Shown here: one piece after another, positions 56,726 through 64,000 of the stretch
Position numbering within the stretch: the stretch's first letter is position 1
How the letters are laid out: every line of letters begins with the position of its first letter
Origin: Thermoguttaceae bacterium
Lineage (GTDB): Bacteria > Planctomycetota > Planctomycetia > Pirellulales > Thermoguttaceae
Assembly (NCBI GenBank): GCA_029975295.1
Contig: JARKPK010000029.1
Location: 49,047 to 113,046, forward strand
DNA length: 64,000 nt
Direction: 5' to 3'
Program-made: the position numbers and the translations under genes
The notes under the pieces: model-generated
What the model was told of the DNA's origin: nothing
Databases searched by the model: none
Seen by the model: only the letters and a program-made list of their open reading frames with translations

Positions 56726-58276
56726 CTACTCCCATTCGATCGTGGCCGGCGGTTTGCTGCTGATATCGTACACCACGCGGTTGACCCCGGGCACTTCGTT
56801 GATCACGCGCGTGGAGATCTTCGCCAGCACTTCGTACGGCAGGTGCGACCAATCGGCCGTCATGAAGTCTTCGGTCGCCACGGCGCGGACGGCCACCACG
56901 TCGGCATAGGTCCGCGCGTCGCCCATCACTCCCACGCTGCGAACCGGCAGCAACACGGCGAACACTTGCGAAGTCTGCCGGTAGAGATCGGCCCGCTTGA
57001 TTTCCTCGATGACGATCGCGTCGGCCTGGCGCAATGTCTCCAACCGCTGGCGCGAGACTTCGCCCACGCAGCGCACGGCCAAGCCCGGCCCCGGAAACGG
57101 ATGCCGCCAAACGATCTCCTCGGGCAGTCCCAATTGCAGGCCCAACTGCCGCACTTCGTCTTTGAACAGATCGCGTAGCGGCTCGATCAGCTCGAAGGCC
57201 AAGTCTTCCGGCAGGCCGCCGACGTTGTGGTGCAGTTTGATTGTCGCGGCCGGGCCGTCGCGCGAGCCCCCGCTTTCGATCACATCGGGGTAGAGCGTGC
57301 CTTGGGCGAGGAACTCGGCCCCGGCGATTTTCGAGGCCTCGTCGGCGAAACACTCGATGAAGGTGTGCCCGATCACCCGCCGCTTGCTCTGCGGATCGAC
57401 CACCCCGCGCAACGCGTCGAGGAAGCGGTCGGCGGCGGGCACGACGTGCAGATCGCTGCGGAAATGGCCGGTGAACTCCCGCACCACCGCCTCAACCTCG
57501 CCCTGCCGCAACAAGCCGTTATCGACCAAAATACACGACAACTGCGACCCAATCGCCTGCGAAAGCAATGCGGCCACCACCGACGAATCAACCCCGCCGG
57601 ACAGCCCGCAAATCACCCGCCGCGAGCCGATCCTTTGGCGAAGCTGTTCGATCGTCTCCCGGGCGAAGTCGCCCATCCGCCACGTGCCGCGGCAACCGCA
57701 GACGCGCATCAGGAAGTTGTTCAAGATGTTGCCGCCCAGCGGCGTATGCGTCACCTCGGGATGGAATTGCAGCCCGAAAAACGGCAGCCGCCGATGCCGC
57801 ACCGCGGCGATTGGGCAGGTGTCGGTGGCGGCCAGCGGTTCGAAATCGTCGGACAACTCCCGCACTTGGTCGCCGTGGCTCATCCACACCTGCATCTGCT
57901 CGGGCAAGCCCGAGAACAGTTCGCTCCGGCCGACGGTGCGCAAGTGCGCCCGGCCGTACTCGCGGGCCGGCGCGCTGCGCACTTCGCCGCCCAGCAGATG
58001 GCAGGCCAACTGCATCCCGTAACAAATACCCAACACCGGAATGCCCAACTCGAAGATGCCGCGGTCGCACTGCGGCGAGTCGGGCTCGTACACGCTGGCC
58101 GGACCGCCGGAAAGGATCAAACCCTTCGGAGCGATCTCGGCAATCCGCGCGGGCGTGATGTCGTGGCGCACGATCTCGCAAAACACCTGCTGCTGCCGCA
58201 CGCGGCGGGCGATCAACTGGGCATATTGCGAGCCGAAGTCGAGAACCAGGATTTTTTCGTCGGCCAACCGCTCCAT
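56726..58276 (-). CDS. guaA: GMP synthase (glutamine-hydrolysing)
   Basis: An N-terminal GATase1 domain ([17 protein letters not shown]...GICYGMQL...HPE) is followed by the ATP-PPase SGGVDSSV P-loop and a C-terminal dimerisation domain ending ...ATIEWE. ATG at 58276 is chosen (GGAG Shine-Dalgarno upstream); the ORF-track N-terminal extension is rejected. Confidence 0.95.
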   Translation of the reverse strand: MERLADEKILVLDFGSQYAQLIARRVRQQQVFCEIVRHDITPARIAEIAPKGLILSGGPASVYEPDSPQCDRGIFELGIPVLGICYGMQLACHLLGGEVRSAPAREYGRAHLRTVGRSELFSGLPEQMQVWMSHGDQVRELSDDFEPLAATDTCPIAAVRHRRLPFFGLQFHPEVTHTPLGGNILNNFLMRVCGCRGTWRMGDFARETIEQLRQRIGSRRVICGLSGGVDSSVVAALLSQAIGSQLSCILVDNGLLRQGEVEAVVREFTGHFRSDLHVVPAADRFLDALRGVVDPQSKRRVIGHTFIECFADEASKIAGAEFLAQGTLYPDVIESGGSRDGPAATIKLHHNVGGLPEDLAFELIEPLRDLFKDEVRQLGLQLGLPEEIVWRHPFPGPGLAVRCVGEVSRQRLETLRQADAIVIEEIKRADLYRQTSQVFAVLLPVRSVGVMGDARTYADVVAVRAVATEDFMTADWSHLPYEVLAKISTRVINEVPGVNRVVYDISSKPPATIEWE

Positions 58277-58463
58277 CCGCGTTTCTCCGCGTGAAAACCC
58301 GTTATTATACGCCTCCGCCGGCCACTGGCCAGTAGGCAGCCAACGCCGATTGTTGCTCGCCGCGCCGCTGGGTAAGATGACGGGCGTTGGGGGCGCTGCC
58401 CTCCGGTCGGCGACCGTCCGACTGAAAGCCCCCGTTTTCCAGCAAAGAAGGGTTCCTTCGACC

Positions 58464-59342
58464 GTGTTGATCCTTGTCACCAACGACGACGGCATCTACG
58501 CCCCCGGACTCGCCTCGCTGGCCGAAGCCCTTCGCAGTCTGGGCGAGGTGTGCATCGTGGCCCCGGCCACCGAGCAAAGCGGCGTCGGCCATTCGATCAC
58601 CTACCTCACCCCGCTGATCGCCAAAGAGGTCTATCACGGCCCGAATCGCTGGGGTTGGGCCGTCGAAGGCAGCCCGGCCGACTGTGTGAAAATCGGCATC
58701 AAAGAGTTCTGCCCGCAAACGCCCGACCTGATCGTCAGCGGGATCAACAGCGGGCTGAACGCGGGCATCAACGTGCTTTACTCGGGCACGGTCGCCGCGG
58801 CCATCGAAGGCGCATTCTTCGGCATCACCAGCACGGCCGTCTCGTTGGAATTCGACGAGCATGCCGACTACGATCGGGCCGCACGGCTGGCCCGCCGGCT
58901 GATCGCCCAAATCCTCGCGCAAAAAGGCCCGGAACCGCAACTGTACAACATCAATATCCCCAAGGCGGCACTGGCGGCCGATTCGCCCCCTGTGGCCGCC
59001 GTTCCGATGAACGTGACGCGCTACGCCGACAGCTTCGAGCGCCGCGCCGATCCCTGGGGCCGAAGCTACTACTGGCTCAAGGGCGGTCCGCCCTCGCACC
59101 CGCCCGGCGTGGAAACCGATCTTTCGGCCCTGGCCCGCGGCTGCGTTACCGTTACCCCGCTCGACTACGACCTGACCCGGCGTGACGCGCTTGCCGCCAT
59201 GCAACAATGGAGCTTCGATGTCCGCTCGGCTGACGACGATGCCCAATCGCCCGACAACGCCCCGCCGCGCGATCGGCCCATCCGTCCCGTGGTGCTATCG
59301 AAGAAAAGCATCCGCCGCGACCATGACCGAACATCGCCCTAA
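58464..59342 (+). CDS. surE: 5'/3'-nucleotidase SurE with about 45-aa C-terminal extension
   Basis: (V)[15 protein letters not shown]...[10 protein letters not shown] is the canonical SurE N-terminus. A GTG start at 58464 is inferred because no ATG is nearby, and AGAAGGG lies upstream. The ORF-track start at 58041 is rejected. Confidence 0.8.
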   Translation: MLILVTNDDGIYAPGLASLAEALRSLGEVCIVAPATEQSGVGHSITYLTPLIAKEVYHGPNRWGWAVEGSPADCVKIGIKEFCPQTPDLIVSGINSGLNAGINVLYSGTVAAAIEGAFFGITSTAVSLEFDEHADYDRAARLARRLIAQILAQKGPEPQLYNINIPKAALAADSPPVAAVPMNVTRYADSFERRADPWGRSYYWLKGGPPSHPPGVETDLSALARGCVTVTPLDYDLTRRDALAAMQQWSFDVRSADDDAQSPDNAPPRDRPIRPVVLSKKSIRRDHDRTSP

Positions 59343-59642
59343 CGATGAAACGGCTATAATACGCGAACCTCGGCGATCGGATCGCAGCAGTCTGATCGCG
59401 GCATCGCCTCGTTGGGTCTTGGTGCGTTCGGATTGCGGCCGGCCGCGCATTGCTTGTCCGCCTCGGGGTTCGGACCGATCGGCCGGCTGCGCCGCAGCAG
59501 CAAACACGGGCGGCCTATCGATCCGACAAAGCACAATGCCGCAAGCCCGAAGGGGCGAAAGCCTGGTTTCGGCAGAACAAAGTTGAACTTGGGGTTGCAT
59601 TTTTTTTGGGCAGCCGATACGCCCACCTCGGAGTCAAACCCG

Positions 59643-60125
59643 ATGAACGCAACGCATGGCCTTTGTTCCGTTTGCACCTTGTCGCCGCTGCGGATCGTTG
59701 CCGGCGCGATGATCCTGATCACCTCGCTGGCGGCGACAGGCTGCTTGCCCGAACCCGAACCGCCCAAGCCCGGCCCGGCGGCGCAACCGCAGCAGCCCAC
59801 CGGCGGCGAGCAGGCCCCGGGCACGGTCCGACAGAAGGCCGAAGTCGGCGTCGGCGCCAAAGGCCACGGCTACGGCGAAGGTCTGGTCAGCACACCGGCA
59901 GGCGCCTACTTCCGCACCAAAGAGCGGATCGCCTTCGACATCCAGATCAAGCACGCGATGAACCTTTTCAAGGCCATGGAGAACCGCGCGCCGAAGTCGC
60001 ACGAGGAATTCATGGAAAAGATCGTTCGGGCCAACCACATCGCGCTGCCCGAGTTGCCCGAAGGCCACCGCTACGTTTACGACCCGAAGACAGAGGAACT
60101 GATGGTCGAAAGTCCGGCCAATTGA
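59643..60125 (+). CDS. Hypothetical lipoprotein (160 aa)
   Basis: MNATHGLCSVCTLSPLRIVAGAMILITSLAATGC carries the lipobox LAATGC. GGAG lies 9 nt upstream of the ATG. Confidence 0.55.
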   Translation: MNATHGLCSVCTLSPLRIVAGAMILITSLAATGCLPEPEPPKPGPAAQPQQPTGGEQAPGTVRQKAEVGVGAKGHGYGEGLVSTPAGAYFRTKERIAFDIQIKHAMNLFKAMENRAPKSHEEFMEKIVRANHIALPELPEGHRYVYDPKTEELMVESPAN

Positions 60126-60716
60126 TGCCCAAGGCAATCGGCGCGGCGACGCGGGCGACGCCGAAGCCAACGGAGCAGTTCTGTCGCCGCACCTGACGCC
60201 GAACACCTCCGCCGCGCCGACCCATGCGGCCGGCGGTCGTTCGGAATCGACCCGTGCGCGCCGTGGTCCGTGTTGCTTTTGGGCAACCCCGCGGTGGGCT
60301 GTGGCGTGGCTTTTCATCAACACGGGCCGGCCCGCCCGAGAAAGTTCGACCATGTCCGGCGGCAGAATCGCTGCGGCGTCGGCTCGAACCCGCGCCGTCG
60401 CAACTTGTTGACCTGCCGCATGATCCGCGTGTCGAAACGGCAAGCGCCCCCTGTGGTCCCGCGTTTGCGCCTGCCGGCCCGCTTCTCATCGCTCGCCAAG
60501 CGGCATCGGCCTTGCGTTCTTTTCAAGCGATGCCGATCGCAGACGGCCGCCCGACAAGCCAATGGGTCGCCTCATTCGCCCCGGCGACTGGCTCGGCGGC
60601 GTATTTGCGGACGGCAAACCGTGCTGGGTATTCTCAAAAGAAGACGCTGCACCCGGACACCAATCGGCACGACGAACCCGACGCTGAACACCTCAAACCT
60701 TTTCGCAACGGAAATC

Positions 60717-61310
60717 ATGGGCACGCAACGCAACGCACTTATCGATCGTTCACTGGCGCGTGCCTTCGTGCTGGGCACGGTGGTCTGCTGCGCGGCGGTC
60801 GCCGCTGGCCGAGCCGATAGCTGGATCTTTCGCCCCTCGACGTTTTCGCACGATGCGGCCAGCGGGCGACGCGTCGCCCAGTTCCAGCCCGAGGCGCCGG
60901 CCTACTACCGATCCGATCCGACTTATCAGGAGAGCGGCTACCGCCACATTCGTTCGGCCTTGCGCGGCGCCGACGGCAGCTACGACTTCCAACACATCGT
61001 GCAAACTTGGGGAATGGGCCAGTTGATTCGACCCTATGGCGAGTGGGAATACCCCTACCGCGCCGGCGCTACGCCCTACGGCCCCTGGGGCAACCCCAAC
61101 GGCCCGTGGACCTTGCCGTTCGACTCGTGGATCAATCCTTACGGGCTGGGCAAACTGCCCAATCCGCCTTGGTCGCCTTGGTATCCCGGCGGGACTGTTC
61201 CGCCAATGCTGCCGCCGAGCAGCGGCTATCCGCCCGCGGCGGGCGGACCCGGTGCTCCACCCTCGGGCCCCGGACCGTGGATGCCGCCGGGCGGCGCGCC
61301 GGGACCGTGA
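60717..61310 (+). CDS. Secreted Pro/Gly/Trp/Tyr-rich low-complexity protein (197 aa)
   Basis: The signal-like N-terminus is MGTQRNALIDRSLARAFVLGTVVCCAAVAAGRA. The C-terminal half consists of GPW/NPY/PPW repeats (PYGPWGNPNGPWTLPFDSWINPYGLGKLPNPPWSPWYPGG...). Confidence 0.5.
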   Translation: MGTQRNALIDRSLARAFVLGTVVCCAAVAAGRADSWIFRPSTFSHDAASGRRVAQFQPEAPAYYRSDPTYQESGYRHIRSALRGADGSYDFQHIVQTWGMGQLIRPYGEWEYPYRAGATPYGPWGNPNGPWTLPFDSWINPYGLGKLPNPPWSPWYPGGTVPPMLPPSSGYPPAAGGPGAPPSGPGPWMPPGGAPGP

Positions 61311-61409
61311 TCAACCGTTGGCGCGAACTGCCCCTTCGCGACCGTCCGCGAGACGGCCATTGAGTCGCCTTCGACGCGCGGGCCGCTCTGCCCAATTCCG
61401 TGGTTCCAG

Positions 61410-61943
61410 TCAGTGCCCGCGCGGGTCTTGCCGCATTTCGTAACCGGTGACCAACCAGCGCGAATTGATCTTGCGAAACTCGAGCGTGCCGTCGATCGGA
61501 ACGGCATCGTAGGGATACTCGCCCATCCGATCGCGGCAGCGGACGTAGCCGGTGATCTCGGCCTTGGCCAAAGGCGGACTGGCCGTTTTGATCACGCGAA
61601 TGTCCAACCGGGTTAGCCGCACGTCTTCGAACGTCGCTCGGCTGAAGGCCCAGCGAATCAGATCTTGGGCCCGACCGGCATCGGGCGACAGATGTTCGAG
61701 GACGCCCTCCAACCGATTCGCCCGCACGGCCGCAGCCGCCGCATCGACCACCTGCTCGACTTCCTCACGCTCGGTGACCACCAGTTTCTCAACCAGTACG
61801 CCCACCGTAGTCAGCAGCGCGATAGCCCCAATGGCCACCAAGAAAAGCCCTCGCCCGGTCCGCGCCAGCGCCACCGCGCAAGCGGCAACGGCCAACACTC
61901 CGACGAGGATGATCGGAAACGGGTCTTCGACAAAGCTGGTCAT
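61410..61943 (-). CDS. Hypothetical membrane protein (two N-terminal TM helices plus ~110-aa soluble domain)
   Basis: ATG start. The hydrophobic segments are PFPIILVGVLAVAACAVAL and LFLVAIGAIALLTTVGVLV. Confidence 0.5.
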   Translation of the reverse strand: MTSFVEDPFPIILVGVLAVAACAVALARTGRGLFLVAIGAIALLTTVGVLVEKLVVTEREEVEQVVDAAAAAVRANRLEGVLEHLSPDAGRAQDLIRWAFSRATFEDVRLTRLDIRVIKTASPPLAKAEITGYVRCRDRMGEYPYDAVPIDGTLEFRKINSRWLVTGYEMRQDPRGH

Positions 61944-62539
61944 CGCTCACCTAACCCGAAGAGTGCTAACGCACCGTTGAAATCCGGGTATCCCCGCCAG
62001 TCGCGAAGGCGATTGTTCGGCCATCTCGTGGCCAGCTCTCAGCCGCTGACCGCGTCGCGTTGAGCGAAGAGGCAAATGCCCTGTGCTCCCAGCGTCCCCA
62101 ATGCAATCAGTCTCATCGCTCCAAACGGTCAACACGGCCGCAGAAGCCGCAGCCGATCCGAGGATGCACCGCGTTGCAATCATTCTAATCGTTGCGGGCG
62201 TCATCAGCCATCTTGTTTGCGCAACACGGACTTCTTCTCTACACATTCAACTTTCGGTGGGTGTTTTTTCGATGCCTTTTGTCAACAGTGGTGTATATTT
62301 CCTACACAGCCCAGAAGCTCCACTCCGCCCCCCAGCCCCAAACATCCCACACAACCGGCGCACAAGCCTTCCCCGCTTATCATGCGTCGCGTTGCCCCGA
62401 TCGAAAGGCCGCCCAAGACAGCCCCTGTTGCTCGGCCCAAATCGCAATCCCCTCGGCGCGCTCGGACCAACGCCGGCACAACGGCAGGTCATCGAGTTCC
62501 CCCGAGCCCAAAACCCCTCCCGCAGAAAGGTGTTCTTCG

Positions 62540-63046
62540 GTGTCTAAGCCCAGCAATGCCAAGACGGTCGCCAAACAGAAACTGACGTCTAAGGTTCGCC
62601 GCACGGAAGCCGACTCGCCCGAAACTCGTTCGCCAGCCGAGCCCTCGCGCGTGGTTACGCTCGATCGTCGCAAGTCGGCCGACCGCCGCAAGAACGGCGA
62701 TCGTCGCCAGCGGAACGAGCCGGTTGCGGTCGAACGTCGCGTTCTGCAACGGCGCGAGAAAGTGGCTCGGCGACGCCAGATCGATCCGACGACCTGCGAG
62801 CGCGATTACTCCGACGCCGAAGTCGAGTTCATGAACGCGCTCGACCTGTACAAACGCACCAACGGCCGCATGTTTCCCACATGCAGCGAAATCCTCGAAG
62901 TGATTCGCAGCCTGGGCTACGAGAAACGCGCGAATTCGCCCGCCCCGACGACCGAATCTGTTCCGCCAGTCGAATCGCCGATCCAATCGCGATCGGCCGA
63001 GGAGATGGAGTCGGTTACAGCCGGCGGCGACGACGACTGCATTTGA
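62540..63046 (+). CDS. Hypothetical highly basic small protein (about 169 aa)
   Basis: A GTG start is inferred from AGAAAGG 9 nt upstream; the ORF track starts at 62192. The N-terminal 90 aa are Lys/Arg-rich (KVRRTE...[38 protein letters not shown]). The C-terminal block [50 protein letters not shown] looks structured. An AT-richer region lies upstream. Confidence 0.4.
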   Translation: MSKPSNAKTVAKQKLTSKVRRTEADSPETRSPAEPSRVVTLDRRKSADRRKNGDRRQRNEPVAVERRVLQRREKVARRRQIDPTTCERDYSDAEVEFMNALDLYKRTNGRMFPTCSEILEVIRSLGYEKRANSPAPTTESVPPVESPIQSRSAEEMESVTAGGDDDCI

Positions 63047-63398
63047 ACCGGCGGGCCTTGCCCGCGGCCGGCAGCCGAATTCGGAGCGATTGCGAGGTGC
63101 GATGCTGTATGGCCGCATGCCGGGCCCGGTCGCCCCCTGCGCCGCCCACTGCTGCCATGCCGCGTTGCGCGCTGCCGCAGAAACAAATTGCCCTTGTGCC
63201 CGTCGTCGATCGGCGGGTATCCTTCCGCCAGATTCTTGCCCCTGGCAACCGCAGTGTTCCGCGGCGGGGCGTTGGTCGTAGGGCGAACGGCTTCGGGCCC
63301 ACCAGGTTTTGCCGCGTCGCTGTTCCCGAGCTCGACGAACGCTGGGCCCGTCGCCCAGGGTTCCACACCGCCCTGCCGCAATGTCGGCGGAGACAAGG

Positions 63399-64000
63399 AT
63401 GTTCCGCGCCGCAACAGTTCTCGCCCTGCTTCGCTCGGCGGCCGCCACGGCAAGTCTGCACGGCCGCCCGAGTCGGTCCAACCTCTGTACCGAGCGTTCC
63501 CCGCGCCGGTATCGGCCAAATGCAGGTGTCGTTTCGGCCATGGGCGGGTTGCTGATCGCCGTCGCCTGCGGCGGTCTGAGCGGTTGCGGCAACTTCTCGG
63601 CGGCCGGCAAGAACGCCGAGGGAGTGCGAATGTTCCAACAGGCCCGCTACGACGAGGCCTTGCGGCTCTTCCATCAAGCCCGATACGACGATCCTTCCAA
63701 CGCCGACGCGCATTACAACATCGCAGCCACCTTGCACGAAATGGCGATGCGAAATCAGCGTTTAGAAGACGTGCAACAGGCGGAACACGCCTACCGAATG
63801 TGTCTCGATCGCAACCCGAATCATCGCGAGGCTTATCGCGGATTGGCCGTGCTGCTTTCGCGTCAGGGGCGAACGAACGAGGCGTTCGCGTTGCTGCAAG
63901 GGTGGGCCGAGCAGCAGCCCTCCTCGGCCGACGCCCGCATCGAACTGGCCCGCCTTTGCGACGAAACCGGCCGCAAACCGTTGGCCGAGAACCTCGTGCT
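63399..64000 (+). CDS. TPR-repeat (lipo)protein, N-terminal part (continues past the window end)
   Basis: The signal is MFRAATVLALLRSAAATA at 63399, or the lipoprotein-like MGGLLIAVACGGLSGC at 63540. TPR-like helical pairs follow (EALRLFHQARYDDPSNADAHYNIAATLHEM, AEHAYRMCLDRNPNHREAYRGLAVLL, EAFALLQGWAEQQPSSADA). Confidence 0.6.
   Translation, partial: MFRAATVLALLRSAAATASLHGRPSRSNLCTERSPRRYRPNAGVVSAMGGLLIAVACGGLSGCGNFSAAGKNAEGVRMFQQARYDEALRLFHQARYDDPSNADAHYNIAATLHEMAMRNQRLEDVQQAEHAYRMCLDRNPNHREAYRGLAVLLSRQGRTNEAFALLQGWAEQQPSSADARIELARLCDETGRKPLAENLV

Noticed and set aside
62489-63610. 373-aa minus-strand ORF
   Set aside because: It is Arg/Gly-rich with no motif, overlaps the more plausible plus-strand basic protein and the TPR gene start, and is probably spurious.
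1-64000. CRISPR arrays, transposases/integrases, prophage genes and rRNA genes
   Set aside because: I found no regularly spaced repeat-spacer arrays and no DDE/tyrosine-recombinase-like or phage structural ORFs. No region of rRNA-like composition is present.

Overview
This 64-kb window is high-GC (~67-68%) bacterial chromosomal DNA that looks Planctomycetota-like. The signs are a 3,740-aa PEP-CTERM protein with PA14 domains, several TAT-exported Gfo/Idh/MocA oxidoreductases and xylose-isomerase-like TIM-barrel enzymes, a DUF1570-like protein, and weak or rare Shine-Dalgarno sites. Many starts in the ORF track are GTG/TTG.

Housekeeping genes recognised directly from sequence are argH, a thioredoxin, ispA-dxs, rmlA, xseB, guaA and surE. 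Regulatory genes are a sigma54 activator that lacks a receiver domain, an OmpR/PhoB-type response regulator with a PAS/HAMP histidine kinase, and a diadenylate cyclase.

The largest organised unit is an eight-gene minus-strand operon (10129-23860) headed by a MoxR AAA+ ATPase and a DUF58 protein. It continues with two vWA membrane proteins (BatA/BatB-like), a 1,090-aa coiled-coil membrane protein, and secreted proteins with squalene-cyclase-like repeats and an NPCBM-like domain.

Other notable loci are the giant PEP-CTERM/PA14 protein (44408-55630, minus), which sits behind a sharply AT-rich palindrome-containing promoter island. An SPFH (Band-7) protein carries a Gly/Met/Pro-rich linker and an unusual C-terminal domain. 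A gene 3' end is duplicated over 46 bp, and a 600-bp gene-free region lies between convergent genes. TTGCAA/GCGCAA palindromic motifs recur in promoter regions.

I found no CRISPR array, transposase, integrase or rRNA/tRNA gene that I could support. Most other long ORFs in the six-frame track are GC-driven antisense or overlapping artefacts rich in Arg/Ala/Pro/Gly. Coordinates of internal starts and of small motifs may be off by 1-2 nt.
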